Shown here: positions 19,401 to 29,287 of the stretch, piece after piece
Layout of the letters: each line of letters begins with the position of its first letter
How positions within the stretch are numbered: position 1 is the stretch's first letter
The notes under the pieces: generated by a model
Told to the model about the DNA's origin: nothing
Databases searched by the model: none
Seen by the model: only the letters and a program-made list of their open reading frames with translations
Position numbers and translations under genes: made by a program
Assembly: GCA_965215505.1 (NCBI GenBank)
Contig: OZ244065.1
Span: 1,824,001-1,888,000 of the forward strand
Length of the DNA: 64,000 nt
From: Capsulimonadaceae bacterium
GTDB taxonomy: Bacteria; Armatimonadota; Armatimonadia; Armatimonadales; Capsulimonadaceae
Reading direction: 5' to 3'

Positions 19401-19970
19401 ATGAGCGAACTGCGCGCCGAAGTCTTTCATCGCTTCCCCATCCTGGAAACGGAGCGGCTGCGGCTGCGCGCGTCCGGCCCCGATGATGCCGAGGCGACTC
19501 TGGCCGTGCTGTCGTCGGAAGAGGTCTGCCGCTACTATGACCTGTCGCCGCTAACCGTGCGTGATGAGGCGATGAAACTGATCGCGAACCGGGCGGCGGC
19601 GTTCGCGCGTGAGGAGCGCATCCGGTGGGCGCTGGCGCGGCGGGAAGACGACGTGGTGATCGGCTCCTGCGGCCTGTCCCGCTGGGACGAGGAGGCCGCG
19701 CAGGCGGAGGTCGGCTACGAGTTGTCGCCCGAATGGCAGGGGCGCGGGCTGATGCGGGAGGCGCTGGCGGCGGTGCTGGGCTTCGGCTTCACCCGGATGC
19801 GGCTCGCGCGGGTGGAGGCGAACGTCGTGCCAGGAAACGAGCCTTCCCTGCGTCTGCTCCGGCGGCTTGGCTTCCGCGAGATAGAGCTGCGCCGGGGCAG
19901 GGGCTTTTGGAAGGGCGAGTCACACGACCTGATCTACCATCTGCTATATCAGGAGGACTGGCATGGATAG
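19401..19970 (+). CDS. GNAT acetyltransferase, RimJ/RimL family
   Basis: FPILETERLRLR, EVGYEL..WQGRGLM, N..S.RLL.RLGF. Confidence 0.88.
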   Translation: MSELRAEVFHRFPILETERLRLRASGPDDAEATLAVLSSEEVCRYYDLSPLTVRDEAMKLIANRAAAFAREERIRWALARREDDVVIGSCGLSRWDEEAAQAEVGYELSPEWQGRGLMREALAAVLGFGFTRMRLARVEANVVPGNEPSLRLLRRLGFREIELRRGRGFWKGESHDLIYHLLYQEDWHG

Positions 19971-20664
19971 CCGTCTCCGGCTGGCCGCAGTGGGCCTGCT
20001 CCTGTGTCTGCGGCCATCGATTGCGGCGGGCCACGCGCCGCCGCTGAGGCCCGTCAAGCCCCAGGTCATCACGCACGGGAGCCGGGCGGTCAAAGCCATC
20101 GCGCTGACCTTCGACGCCTGCCAGACGCGCAAGCCGTCCGGCTATGACGCGGGGATCATCGGCATTTTGCGGGCGACGCACACGCCCGCAACACTGGTTC
20201 TGGGCGGGCGCTGGATGGAGACGCACCCCGCCGCGACGCGCTCCCTGGCCGCCGACCCGCTGTTCGAGCTTGGCAACCACTCCTATTTGCATCCACACAT
20301 GACGAAGATCACGCCCGCGCAGATGCGTCAGGAGTTGCAGCAGACGCAGGACGTCATGTACCGGCTGACCGGCAGGCAGGGCGGCCTGTTCCGCCCGCCC
20401 TACGGCGAATACGACCCCATTCTGGTCCGCGAGGCCGCACGGATGGGCCTGAAGACGCTGACCTGGGAAGTGGTGACGGGCGACCCCGACAAGAACATCA
20501 AGGCACTGGACATTGTTCATACCGTGCTGACGCGCGCCCGGCCCGGCTCGGTCGTTATCATGCACATGAACGGACGCGGCTGGCACACGGCGGAGGCCCT
20601 TCCCGCCGTCATCCGGGGCCTGCGGCGGCACGGCTACCGGCTGGTGACGGTTTCGCAGCTATGA
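19963..20664 (+). CDS. Polysaccharide deacetylase (CE4)
   Basis: ALTFDAC, GNHSYLH, FRPPYG, VIMHMN, GYRLVTV. Confidence 0.88.
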   Translation: MDSRLRLAAVGLLLCLRPSIAAGHAPPLRPVKPQVITHGSRAVKAIALTFDACQTRKPSGYDAGIIGILRATHTPATLVLGGRWMETHPAATRSLAADPLFELGNHSYLHPHMTKITPAQMRQELQQTQDVMYRLTGRQGGLFRPPYGEYDPILVREAARMGLKTLTWEVVTGDPDKNIKALDIVHTVLTRARPGSVVIMHMNGRGWHTAEALPAVIRGLRRHGYRLVTVSQL

Positions 20665-21663
20665 TTCTCGCGCCAACCGCGGGATGTTGATCGCCGCCGA
20701 GCGGAGCAGGGCCAGCGTTCCTAAAGTCTCGCGTGTGCCGAGCGCCTGTTCCTCCGGGTCCTCCGTCGCCCTGCCGAGGGAGCGCAGCATATTGAACTTT
20801 AGCCAGCCACACCAGTTCCCGCAGTAGGCGTACAGGCCGTGTCCGACTTCCTGGTCTGTCAGCAGGGCTTCCCGGCGGTAGCCGGCGAGGTAGGCCCGGA
20901 AGACAGCGACGTCCAACGCCCCGGCAGCCTGACCGCCCCAATCCAATGCCCCGCAGACCGCTTCGATGGCGGGCTGGACATACCCGGCGGCCTCCCAGTC
21001 TATCAGGCTGGGCGTGGATTCATCCGACCAGAGGACGTTCTTCTGGTCGAGGTCGCCGTGGCTGAGGACCCACTTGTTTCCGAGCGCCTGCCGTGACTCT
21101 TCGGCGGAGCGCAGCCAAACCGCGATCTGCGGGAGCAATCCCCGTACCTCCCCCGCCCATGTGAACTGCTCACGTTCGGCCTCTTCCACCAGCAGCGCCC
21201 AGTCTGCCTCCTCGTCCTCCGAGGGCCTATGCAAAACAGGCAATGGCAGCCCTTCAACGTGGAGGGGCAGGACGTGGATGCGCCCCAACAGGCTCCCGAT
21301 CTGCTGTGCCTGCGCGGGGGAAGCGGCGGCGGAAGTGAGCGCGCGGCCCTCCACCCAGGGGAACACCAGGACAGTGACTTGGCCGAGGTCGTGGATCACT
21401 TCGCCCTCACACTGAAGGGCAGGGACGGCAGGAAGGGACGCGGCGGCCACGGCTGATGCGATCCGCTCACTCCGCCGGAAGTTCTCCCGGACGTTAGGGT
21501 ACTGCATGACGGTGGGGTTCAGCACCTTGACGGCGAACCGGCCCGACGCCGTTTGGAGGCGGTAGACCCGGTGCAGCAAGCCGCCTGTGACGGGTTCCAG
21601 GGGAGCCATCGGTTCGCCCAGGGCATACAAATGGCATAGGTCGGTCAGCGTGAGTTCGTCCAT
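20659..21663 (-). CDS. Aminoglycoside phosphotransferase (APH/ChoK) family protein
   Basis: GGLLHRVY, AVKVLN, SHGDLDQKN, IDWEAAG. Confidence 0.85.
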   Translation of the reverse strand: MDELTLTDLCHLYALGEPMAPLEPVTGGLLHRVYRLQTASGRFAVKVLNPTVMQYPNVRENFRRSERIASAVAAASLPAVPALQCEGEVIHDLGQVTVLVFPWVEGRALTSAAASPAQAQQIGSLLGRIHVLPLHVEGLPLPVLHRPSEDEEADWALLVEEAEREQFTWAGEVRGLLPQIAVWLRSAEESRQALGNKWVLSHGDLDQKNVLWSDESTPSLIDWEAAGYVQPAIEAVCGALDWGGQAAGALDVAVFRAYLAGYRREALLTDQEVGHGLYAYCGNWCGWLKFNMLRSLGRATEDPEEQALGTRETLGTLALLRSAAINIPRLARES

Positions 21664-21687
21664 TGCCGTGTTTCCGGGTAGGGCAGA

Positions 21688-21946
21688 AGCCCCAGCCATG
21701 AATGACCGGTCTACTCTTGAGTGGAAGCCCTTCCGGGGTTGAGGATTGAAGACGTGACGACCATTGTAGGGGTGCCGCTTGCCGCGCCCTCTTTCGTAAT
21801 CTGCGCCCTCTTGATCCTGCCACCGGTTGGCCGTTAGGAGGGCGCGGCAAGCGGCGCCCCTACAATGCTTGGGTGGCTTCGTCCGAAGCCCCGAAGGGGC
21901 GGCCCACCGGCGGAGCCGGGAACAGACTCGCCCTTCAAGGCCGGGA
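21688..21946. repeat. REP/REPIN-like cluster
   Basis: Inverted pair GTAGGGGTGCCGCTTGCCGCGCCCT (21766-21790) / AGGGCGCGGCAAGCGGCGCCCCTAC (21839-21863) plus CCCC..GGGG hairpins. Confidence 0.72.
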
Positions 21947-21957
21947 CGACAGAAAAC

Positions 21958-23748
21958 CTAGCCGCGCCGGGCTTCCAGCTCCTCCCAGCGGGCGTAGAGG
22001 GCGGCGGCTTTTTCACGCGCGATGGGGAGCGCCTCCCAGACCTCGTGCAGTCTGGGGGCGTCGGAGGCGACTTTCGGGTCCTCTAGCTGCCGTTCCAAGG
22101 CGGCGACTTCCTCCTCGGCGGCCTCGATCTTCCCTTCGATCTGTCCAAGTTCCCGCCGCTCCGCCGTGGAAAGGCGGTTCAGGGCGGGGGCAGGCACTTT
22201 GGGCCGGGACGCGGCGGGGGCGGCGGTCGGCGGGGGCATCTGGGCGGCCTGCCACTGGGTCAGGCTGGCGAAGTGGCGCGCGCCGCCCTTGCCGTCCAGG
22301 GCGAGCAGGTCGTTGGAGACGTTTTCGAGCAGGTAGCGGTCGTGGGTGACGAGGACGAGCGCGCCGGGGAACGAGAGCAGGCTGTCTTCCAGCACCTCCA
22401 GCGTGGGGATGTCCAGGTCGTTGGTCGGCTCATCCAGGATCAGCACGTCGGCGGGCTGGAGCATGAGCTGGGCGATCAGGATGCGGGCCTGCTCGCCGCC
22501 GGACAGGTAGCGGATGGGGGTCGTGAGCTGTTCGGTCTTGAATAGGAACCGCTTGGCCCAGCCCGAGACGTGCATCGGGTTCCCCCGGTAGATCACGTTG
22601 TCGCTGTTCGGGCTGAGGGCGTCGCGCAGGCTAAGGCTCCTGTCGAGCTGCGCCCGGTTCTGGTCGAACAGCACGACGCGCAGGCCGTCCGCCCGCTTGA
22701 CGGTGCCGGCGTCCGGGGCCAGCTCGCCTGTCAGCAGCTTGATGAGTGTCGTCTTGCCGCTGCCGTTCGGCCCGAGCAGGCCCAGGCGCGTGCCGGGGGC
22801 GAGTGTCAGACCCAGACGCTGGAAGAGGGCCTTGCCGCCCAGGCTCTTGGTCAGGTCCTTGCCGACCAGAAGCTCGCGCGTCTGCCGGCCCGAGGCACTG
22901 AACTCGATGCCCGCCGTGCGGGTCTGGCCGTTCCGGTACTTCAGCTCCGCCAGCTCATCGATCATCTGCCCGGCCTGGTTGATGCGGCCCTGCGCCTTGG
23001 TGGAGCGGGCCTGCGCTCCCCGCTGGAGCCACTCGATTTCGCGCTTCACCTGAGTCGCCAGGGCGGACTGCCGGTTGGCCTGTGCGCCCAGATACTCCTC
23101 GCGCTGTGCCAGAAAATTGCTATAGGTGCCGCTGACGCTCAGGAACCCCTCGGCGTACTGCGGGTGCAGCTCGACGATGCGCGTGGTGACGTTCTCCAGG
23201 AACACGCGGTCGTGGCTGATGAGGATGAAGGCGAAGGATGCCTCCCGCAGCAGGCCCTCCAGCCACATCACCCCTTCCAGGTCCAGGTGGTTGGTCGGCT
23301 CGTCTATCAGCAGAAGCTCCGCCTCGCGGACGAGGGCGCGGGCCAGTGAGAGCCGCTTCTTCCAGCCGCCGGACAGCGTTTCCACGGCCTGATCGCGCCG
23401 GTCGAAGCCGACGCGGTTCAGGGCGACCTCGATCCGCACTTCACGCTCGACCGCGTCCAGAGGCTCGCCCGCCAGGGCGTCGGTCAGGACGCTTTCCACG
23501 GTCGCGCCCGAGGGGAACAGGTCTTCCTGGGCGATGTAGGCGGTCCGCAGCCCGCGCCGGGGCGAGACGGTGCCGCCGTCGGGTTTCTCCTCGCCGGCGA
23601 AGATCCGCAGGAGGGTTGACTTGCCCGCGCCGTTCGGCCCGATCAGCCCCATCCGCTCGCCGTCGCCGACCCCGAGCGAGATGTCGTGGAAGAGGGGCCG
23701 CGCGCCGTAGGCCTTGGTGAGTGTTTGACAGCTTAACAGGACAGCCAT
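21958..23748 (-). CDS. uup: ABC-F family ATPase (Uup-like)
   Basis: Two NBDs (GPNGAGKST, LSGGW, DEPTNHLD; GPNGSGKTT, LSGGE, DEPTNDLD) and C-terminal coiled coil LYARWEELE. Confidence 0.85.
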   Translation of the reverse strand: MAVLLSCQTLTKAYGARPLFHDISLGVGDGERMGLIGPNGAGKSTLLRIFAGEEKPDGGTVSPRRGLRTAYIAQEDLFPSGATVESVLTDALAGEPLDAVEREVRIEVALNRVGFDRRDQAVETLSGGWKKRLSLARALVREAELLLIDEPTNHLDLEGVMWLEGLLREASFAFILISHDRVFLENVTTRIVELHPQYAEGFLSVSGTYSNFLAQREEYLGAQANRQSALATQVKREIEWLQRGAQARSTKAQGRINQAGQMIDELAELKYRNGQTRTAGIEFSASGRQTRELLVGKDLTKSLGGKALFQRLGLTLAPGTRLGLLGPNGSGKTTLIKLLTGELAPDAGTVKRADGLRVVLFDQNRAQLDRSLSLRDALSPNSDNVIYRGNPMHVSGWAKRFLFKTEQLTTPIRYLSGGEQARILIAQLMLQPADVLILDEPTNDLDIPTLEVLEDSLLSFPGALVLVTHDRYLLENVSNDLLALDGKGGARHFASLTQWQAAQMPPPTAAPAASRPKVPAPALNRLSTAERRELGQIEGKIEAAEEEVAALERQLEDPKVASDAPRLHEVWEALPIAREKAAALYARWEELEARRG

Positions 23749-23854
23749 GGGTTGTGTGTCTCGGACCGAGGTATCCCGGCAAAGAAAAGCGACCTGGGCC
23801 GGAGGCGGCGGGCAGGTCGCGGAGAGTTCGTTTCGACAAAAAACATCGCACGGA

Positions 23855-23927
23855 TGCACCCGGAGCGATTTGAACGCCCGGCCCTCTGTTCCGAAGACAG
23901 ATGCTCTATCCACTGAGCTACGGGTGC
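23855..23927 (-). tRNA. tRNA-Arg(TCG), CCA not encoded
   Basis: GCACCCGTAGCTCAGTGGATAGAGCA-TCTGT-CT-TCG-GA-ACAGA...GTTCAAATC..CGGGTGCA. Confidence 0.9.
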
Positions 23928-24233
23928 GAGCGAGTAGATTATAGCACATGGCGGCCTTGAAAAACAAGGACGTGTCCTCAGCGGAGGCGTTTTGTGAACA
24001 GTTCATCCCTCTCGACGCCGTCGCCCTGGGCCGGGGCCGGACGCGGCGAGATTTCCGCCATGCCGACCGTGCAGGACGACTCCCATGGCTTCCAGACCGG
24101 CCTACGTCTGGCTCACCCGAACACCCACGCGGGCGCGGGATCGGGGGGCACGGACGACGCCGACAGCGCCGGCCACGGGGGGTGCCGTAGAAGACATGCC
24201 AGGCCCGCGCGCAGCGCCTCGGCCCTTGTCACA

Positions 24234-24295
24234 TCAATAGATTCCATGTATTTGATCAAGATTTCCTTGTCCGATGGGCGCATCGGTGTCATACT
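24234..24295 (+). promoter_or_regulatory. Putative AraC-type direct-repeat operator overlapping the -35 of the GH127 promoter
   Basis: TCAATAGATTCCAT..TTTCCTT at 21-bp spacing, then TTGTCC-N17-CATACT; same architecture at 27936 and 37227. Confidence 0.6.
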
Positions 24296-24424
24296 CATCA
24301 TGGCTTGTTCCATCAAGCCGAATTTTAACGCCGAACTTTGCTTCTTTTCTTCGGCCTGCTGATGAGTGCGCTCCGGGTGAATGCGGTTGGCCGACCGCCA
24401 GGACTCGAATGAAAGTGTACTTCC

Positions 24425-26899
24425 ATGACATCACCGAAAAACATGTCCGCCATGTGTTCCCCAGATCCGTTCCCCGGTTTGCTTCCCCTCAGCCGCCGCC
24501 GGTTTTTGCGGGCGGCCGGCCTCGCCGGGGTCGGGCTGGCATTGGGGTCGCGCGGCAAGTCTGCCACGGCGCGCGCCTCCACAGGGCCGGTTGAAAACGC
24601 CGTTCCCGAGGCGGCGCGGCCGCTGCCGCTGTCCGCTGTCCGCCTCACGGGCGGCCCCCTCAAGCACGCCCAGGAACTGGACGCCAAATACCTGCTGGCG
24701 CTGGAACCGGACCGCATGATGGCCTATTTCCGCAAGCGCGCCGGGTTGAAACCGAAGGCGGCGGGGTATGGCGGCTGGGACGGCGACGGCCGCAACCTGA
24801 CGGGCCATATCGCGGGCCACTACCTGTCCGCCGTCAGCCTGATGTATGCCGCGACGGGGGACCCGCGCTTCAAGCAGCGGGCCGATCACCTGGTCTCGGA
24901 GATGAGGCTGGTCCAGGATAGAAACGGGAATGGCTACCTCGGCGCATTGGAAGGCGCCGAGGAGAGCTTCGCGCGTTTGTCCCAGGGTCAGATCCGCTCC
25001 GGGGGCTTCGATCTGAACGGTCTTTGGTCGCCCTGGTATGTCGAGCACAAGATATTCGCCGGGCTGCGCGACGCGCACCGCCACACCGGGAACCCGGACG
25101 CGCTGGGCGTGGAAACGAGGTTCGCCGGCTGGGTGGAAACGGTCCTCTCCCCGCTCGATGCGGACCAGGACCAGAAGATGCTGAACACCGAGTTCGGCGG
25201 CATGGGCGAGGTGCTGGCCGACCTCTATGCCGACACCGGCGACCGGCGCTGGCTGGCCCTCTCGGACCGGTTCGAACACCACGCCGTTCTGGACCCGCTC
25301 GCGCGCGGGGAGTATCGCCTCGGCGGCCTGCACGCGAACACCCAGGTCCCCAAGCTGATCGGCTCGGCGGCCCGTCATGCCTACACCGGCAACCAGGCCG
25401 ACGGCGCGGCCGCCCGCTTCTTCTGGGATGCGGTCGTCTCCCACCAGACCTTCGCGACGGGCGGCCACGGCAAGGATGAGTATTTCGGGCCAGCGGACCA
25501 ACTCAGCAGCCGCGTCAACGGGCGCACCGACGAGAGCTGCAACGTCTACAACATGCTCAAGCTGACGCGCACGCTGTTCGCGCTGCGGCCCGACATCAAG
25601 TATGCGGAGTTCCAGGAGCGGGCCTTGTTCAACCATGTACTCGGCTCGATGGATCCGGAAGACGGACGCACCTGCTACATGGTCCCGGTGGGCCAGGGAG
25701 TCCAGCATGAGTATCAGGACATGTTTGAGAGCTTTACCTGCTGCGTCGGCACGGGTATGGAGAGCCACGCGCTGCACGGGCACGGCATCTACTACGAGGA
25801 CGGCCACCGCCTCTGGGTCAACCTGTACGCGCCTTCCCATGCCGAGTGGGAAGCCGCCGGGGTGAGCCTCGCGGTCACCACCACATTCCCGGAAGGCGAT
25901 CATGCCGCGCTGGCCATGACGCTCAGATCACCCCACGCCTTCACGCTGGCCTTGCGCCGCCCCTCCTGGGCGGGGGCGGGCTTCGCGGTGAGGGTCAACG
26001 GGAAACCCGTCCGGGCCGTGTCCAAGCCGGGTTCCTATGTGGAGATCAAGCGCACCTGGAAGACCGGCGACATCGTGGCGCTGACTCTGCCGAAAACACT
26101 CCACGCGGAGCCGCTGCCGGATAACCCGCGCCGCGTCGCCTTGCTCTGGGGGCCGCTGGTGCTGGCGGGCGATCTCGGGCCGGAACGGGAGGAGGCCGCC
26201 GGCAGCCCGGTAGCCCCCGTGTTCGTGGCGGCGGAGCAGCCGGTCGCCGCGTGGCTCAAACCGGTCGCCGCCCAGCCGGGCCGGTTCCGCAGCGACGGGG
26301 TCGGGCGGGACATCACCGTCTCCGGCCACGTCTCCGATGTGGACTTCGTGCCGTTCTACCGCCTGCACCGGCGCGCTTATGCCGCGTATTGGGACCTGTA
26401 CACACCTCCGGAGTGGGAAGAAAAGGCCGCCTCCATCGCCGCCGCCCAGGAGAAGCTGCGCCGGCTGGAGGCCGCCACCGTCGGCTACGCCCAGCCGGGG
26501 GAGATGCAGCCGGAGCGCAATTTCCACCAGCAGGGGGCGGACACCACGCCGGACCGCGTGCTGGGGCGCGCGGGCCGCCGGGGGAAGAACTGGTTCTCCT
26601 TTGACCTGCCGGTGGATCCGGCGTACCCGATGACTCTGATCGTGACATACAGCACGCAGGAGTTCCGGGAGCGGACGTTCGATATCCAGGCCGACGGCAC
26701 CCGGATCGGGCAGCAGAAGATCGAGCGCAGCGGCCCCGGAAGCGCCTCCGCAGAATTCTTCGATGTCCTCTATCCTCTGCCGGCGAGCCTCGTGTCAGGC
26801 AAATCCACAGTGACCGTGCGCTTCCAGGCGACCGGCGGCAATGAGATCGCCGCCGTGTTCGGCCTCCGCATGGTCCGTGCGGATGCGCCTCTCGGTTAG
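24425..26899 (+). CDS. Tat-exported GH127/GH146 beta-L-arabinofuranosidase-like protein
   Basis: SRRRFL Tat signal; GHIAGHYLSA, EFGGM, HANTQVPK, ESCNVYNM, TCCVGTG (Zn/Cys catalytic motifs). Confidence 0.88.
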   Translation: MTSPKNMSAMCSPDPFPGLLPLSRRRFLRAAGLAGVGLALGSRGKSATARASTGPVENAVPEAARPLPLSAVRLTGGPLKHAQELDAKYLLALEPDRMMAYFRKRAGLKPKAAGYGGWDGDGRNLTGHIAGHYLSAVSLMYAATGDPRFKQRADHLVSEMRLVQDRNGNGYLGALEGAEESFARLSQGQIRSGGFDLNGLWSPWYVEHKIFAGLRDAHRHTGNPDALGVETRFAGWVETVLSPLDADQDQKMLNTEFGGMGEVLADLYADTGDRRWLALSDRFEHHAVLDPLARGEYRLGGLHANTQVPKLIGSAARHAYTGNQADGAAARFFWDAVVSHQTFATGGHGKDEYFGPADQLSSRVNGRTDESCNVYNMLKLTRTLFALRPDIKYAEFQERALFNHVLGSMDPEDGRTCYMVPVGQGVQHEYQDMFESFTCCVGTGMESHALHGHGIYYEDGHRLWVNLYAPSHAEWEAAGVSLAVTTTFPEGDHAALAMTLRSPHAFTLALRRPSWAGAGFAVRVNGKPVRAVSKPGSYVEIKRTWKTGDIVALTLPKTLHAEPLPDNPRRVALLWGPLVLAGDLGPEREEAAGSPVAPVFVAAEQPVAAWLKPVAAQPGRFRSDGVGRDITVSGHVSDVDFVPFYRLHRRAYAAYWDLYTPPEWEEKAASIAAAQEKLRRLEAATVGYAQPGEMQPERNFHQQGADTTPDRVLGRAGRRGKNWFSFDLPVDPAYPMTLIVTYSTQEFRERTFDIQADGTRIGQQKIERSGPGSASAEFFDVLYPLPASLVSGKSTVTVRFQATGGNEIAAVFGLRMVRADAPLG

Positions 26900-26908
26900 G
26901 AGGCGGCG

Positions 26909-27910
26909 ATGCCCGGAAAGACGATCACGCCGGTCTGGACGCCCGCGCCGGAGCGCCGCCTTAAAGACATGGTCTCCCCCAGCGCCTCCTGGGACGCCGA
27001 CCGGCTGCGCGAGACTTTGCTTGAGGTCGGGATGGAGGCACTGACCACACAGGAGCCGTCACGGCTGATGCTTCCGCCCCCGAAGACGTTCGCGCCCAAG
27101 CGCATCGTGAACCGGAAGGACCTGAACCGCCACCGCTACATCGAGATCGGGATCGTCACCCAGGGCGAGATGTCTCTCTGGTGGGAGGGCGCTTTTTCCC
27201 GATGCCCCGCCGGTTCCGTCTTCATCATCCAGCCAGGGATGCGCTACATGTCGCATGCGGAACTTCCGGAGGAAAACCCGCGCCCCCATTCCGTGGTCTG
27301 GCTGGCGCTGCACCGAGGGTGCGCCATTGTCCACAGATGCTCGGTGCGGAACAGGGACCACTACCTGAGCGAGTATTACTCGCTTGTTGATGTGCAGCTA
27401 ACGGCTTATGCCCGCAGCATCGCCCAGGAGATCGCCGAACGGCCCTCCCACTTTGAAACCGTGGTCCGCGGCAGCCTCCTCTGCCTGTTCACCCTGCTGC
27501 TGCGCGCCCCCATCTACAGCATCTCGCGCCACAGCGGGGCGGGCCGCGAAACGAAAGAAGCCGGGGCGAACCCGTTCAGCGACCGCGTCAGATCCTACCT
27601 GCTTTCGCATTACCACCGCCCTCTGACCCTGGCACAGATCGCCCGCTCGATCGAATGCAGTCCGGCACACCTGTGCCGGCACTTCCGCGAACTCACCGGC
27701 CAGACGCCGTTTCAGTATCTCCGGGCCGTGCGCCTGGAGGCGGCGAAGGCGCTCCTCCTCTCGGAAGTACCGATCGCGCGGATCGCGGAGATGGTGGGCT
27801 TTGACGACCCGCTTTATTTCAGCAAGGTGTTCTCCAGTCAGGTCGGCCAATCCCCGCAGAGCTACCGCGCCGCCTGCCGGGCGTCGGACGTGAGGCCGGC
27901 ATCCCCCTGA
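26909..27910 (+). CDS. AraC-family transcriptional regulator
   Basis: Cupin-like N-terminus; LA.IA....SPAHL.R.F and IAEMVGFDDPLYFSKVF....G.SP..YR HTH. Confidence 0.9.
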   Translation: MPGKTITPVWTPAPERRLKDMVSPSASWDADRLRETLLEVGMEALTTQEPSRLMLPPPKTFAPKRIVNRKDLNRHRYIEIGIVTQGEMSLWWEGAFSRCPAGSVFIIQPGMRYMSHAELPEENPRPHSVVWLALHRGCAIVHRCSVRNRDHYLSEYYSLVDVQLTAYARSIAQEIAERPSHFETVVRGSLLCLFTLLLRAPIYSISRHSGAGRETKEAGANPFSDRVRSYLLSHYHRPLTLAQIARSIECSPAHLCRHFRELTGQTPFQYLRAVRLEAAKALLLSEVPIARIAEMVGFDDPLYFSKVFSSQVGQSPQSYRAACRASDVRPASP

Positions 27911-27935
27911 TCTCATGTCAAAACTTCATCTCATG

Positions 27936-27998
27936 TCAATGATTTCCATGTCTGGAACATGCATTCCATTGCCGCCGTGGGCCGACTGCGGACATAAT
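27936..27998 (+). promoter_or_regulatory. Putative AraC operator/promoter of the hydroxyproline operon
   Basis: TCAATGATTTCCAT..ATTCCAT at 20-bp spacing, then TTGCCG-N18-CATAAT. Confidence 0.6.
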
Positions 27999-28132
27999 AC
28001 ACTCGCCCTTCGGGTTCACTGCCGAGCCTTTCTTCCCCTTCTCGTTTCCCACGTTGCCACTGACGGCGGCGCGGAGGGCCTGCGCTTCCAGCCTTATCCG
28101 TTCCGGCATCCGTGTCACCGAGAGAGACAAAA

Positions 28133-29287
28133 ATGAAACCTACCTGGAAGGGCGTCTTCCCCGCCGTCACCACACAGCTCCATCGGGACCAGTCCCTCGA
28201 CCTGGAGGCCACCGCGCGCCACATCGGGGTGCTGCTTGACTCCGGGATCGCCGGCCTCATCATGCTCGGCTCGCTCGGCGAGAACATCGCCCCGGAGCCG
28301 GACGAGAAGCGGAGCGTCATGCGGATGGCGGTCGAGGCGGTGAGCGGCCGCGTGCCGGTCCTGAGCGGCGTGTCGGAGTGCAGCACGGCCGCCGCCTGCC
28401 GCTACGCGCGTGACATGGAACGGCTCGGGGCGGACGGCCTGATGGTGCTGCCCGCCATGGTCTACAAGGCCGACGCGGACGAGACCATGGAACACTTTCG
28501 GGCGGTCGCCGGCTCCAGCGGCCTCCCGATCATCTGCTATAACAACCCCCTCGCTTATGGCGTGGACATCACGCCGGAGATGTTCGCGCAGATGGCCGAT
28601 GAGGAGAAATTCGTTGCGGTCAAAGAGTCGTCGGGCAACGTGCGGCGCATCACCGACCTCATCAACCTCGTCGGCGACCGCTACACGCTCTTCACCGGCG
28701 TGGACGACCTCACCCTGGAAAGCATCATGCTCGGGGCCGAGGGCTGGATCGCCGGGGTCGGGCTGGCCTTCCCGAAAGAGAACCAGTATCTGTGGGACCT
28801 GTGGGACCTGGCGGCGGGCGGGCAGTGGGAAAAGGCGCGCGAGGTCTATCGGTGGTACATGCCGCTGCTGCACCTGGACATCCCGGTCAAGTTCGTGCAG
28901 TACATCAAGCTGCTGCTCCAGGAGTGCGGCCTGGGGGCCGAATGGGTGCGCGCGCCGCGCCTGTCCCTTCAAGGCGCGGAGCGCGTAGCCGCCCTGAAGA
29001 TCATCCGGCAGGGCATCGAGACCCGGCCGATGATCCCGGCGGGGCATCTGCCGGCCCCCCCTACTGACGGACAGGGGGTGGGATTTTGGAGACCATGCAA
29101 AAAGTCCGTGTCCTCGACTCACACACGGGAGGCGAGCCGACCCGCGTCATCCTCTCCGGCGGCCCAGACCTCGGGGGCGGCACGGCTGAGCAGCAGAGGG
29201 CCGTCTTCCGCAGCCGCTTCGACTCGTTCCGGACCGCAGTCGTCGCCGAACCGCGCGGCTCGGATGTCCTGGTCGGCGCGCTCCTGA
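28133..29287 (+). CDS. lhpC: DapA-family enzyme, likely 1-pyrroline-4-hydroxy-2-carboxylate deaminase (natural end probably ~29067; reads through as assembled)
   Basis: WKGVFPAVTT, GSLGE, YNNP, KESSG, GWIAG; position in a Hyp operon. Confidence 0.8.
   Translation: MKPTWKGVFPAVTTQLHRDQSLDLEATARHIGVLLDSGIAGLIMLGSLGENIAPEPDEKRSVMRMAVEAVSGRVPVLSGVSECSTAAACRYARDMERLGADGLMVLPAMVYKADADETMEHFRAVAGSSGLPIICYNNPLAYGVDITPEMFAQMADEEKFVAVKESSGNVRRITDLINLVGDRYTLFTGVDDLTLESIMLGAEGWIAGVGLAFPKENQYLWDLWDLAAGGQWEKAREVYRWYMPLLHLDIPVKFVQYIKLLLQECGLGAEWVRAPRLSLQGAERVAALKIIRQGIETRPMIPAGHLPAPPTDGQGVGFWRPCKKSVSSTHTREASRPASSSPAAQTSGAARLSSRGPSSAAASTRSGPQSSPNRAARMSWSARS

Noticed and set aside
23948-24420. Short ORFs upstream of the GH127 gene
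   Set aside because: Mutually overlapping, no motifs; the region is better explained as promoter/leader
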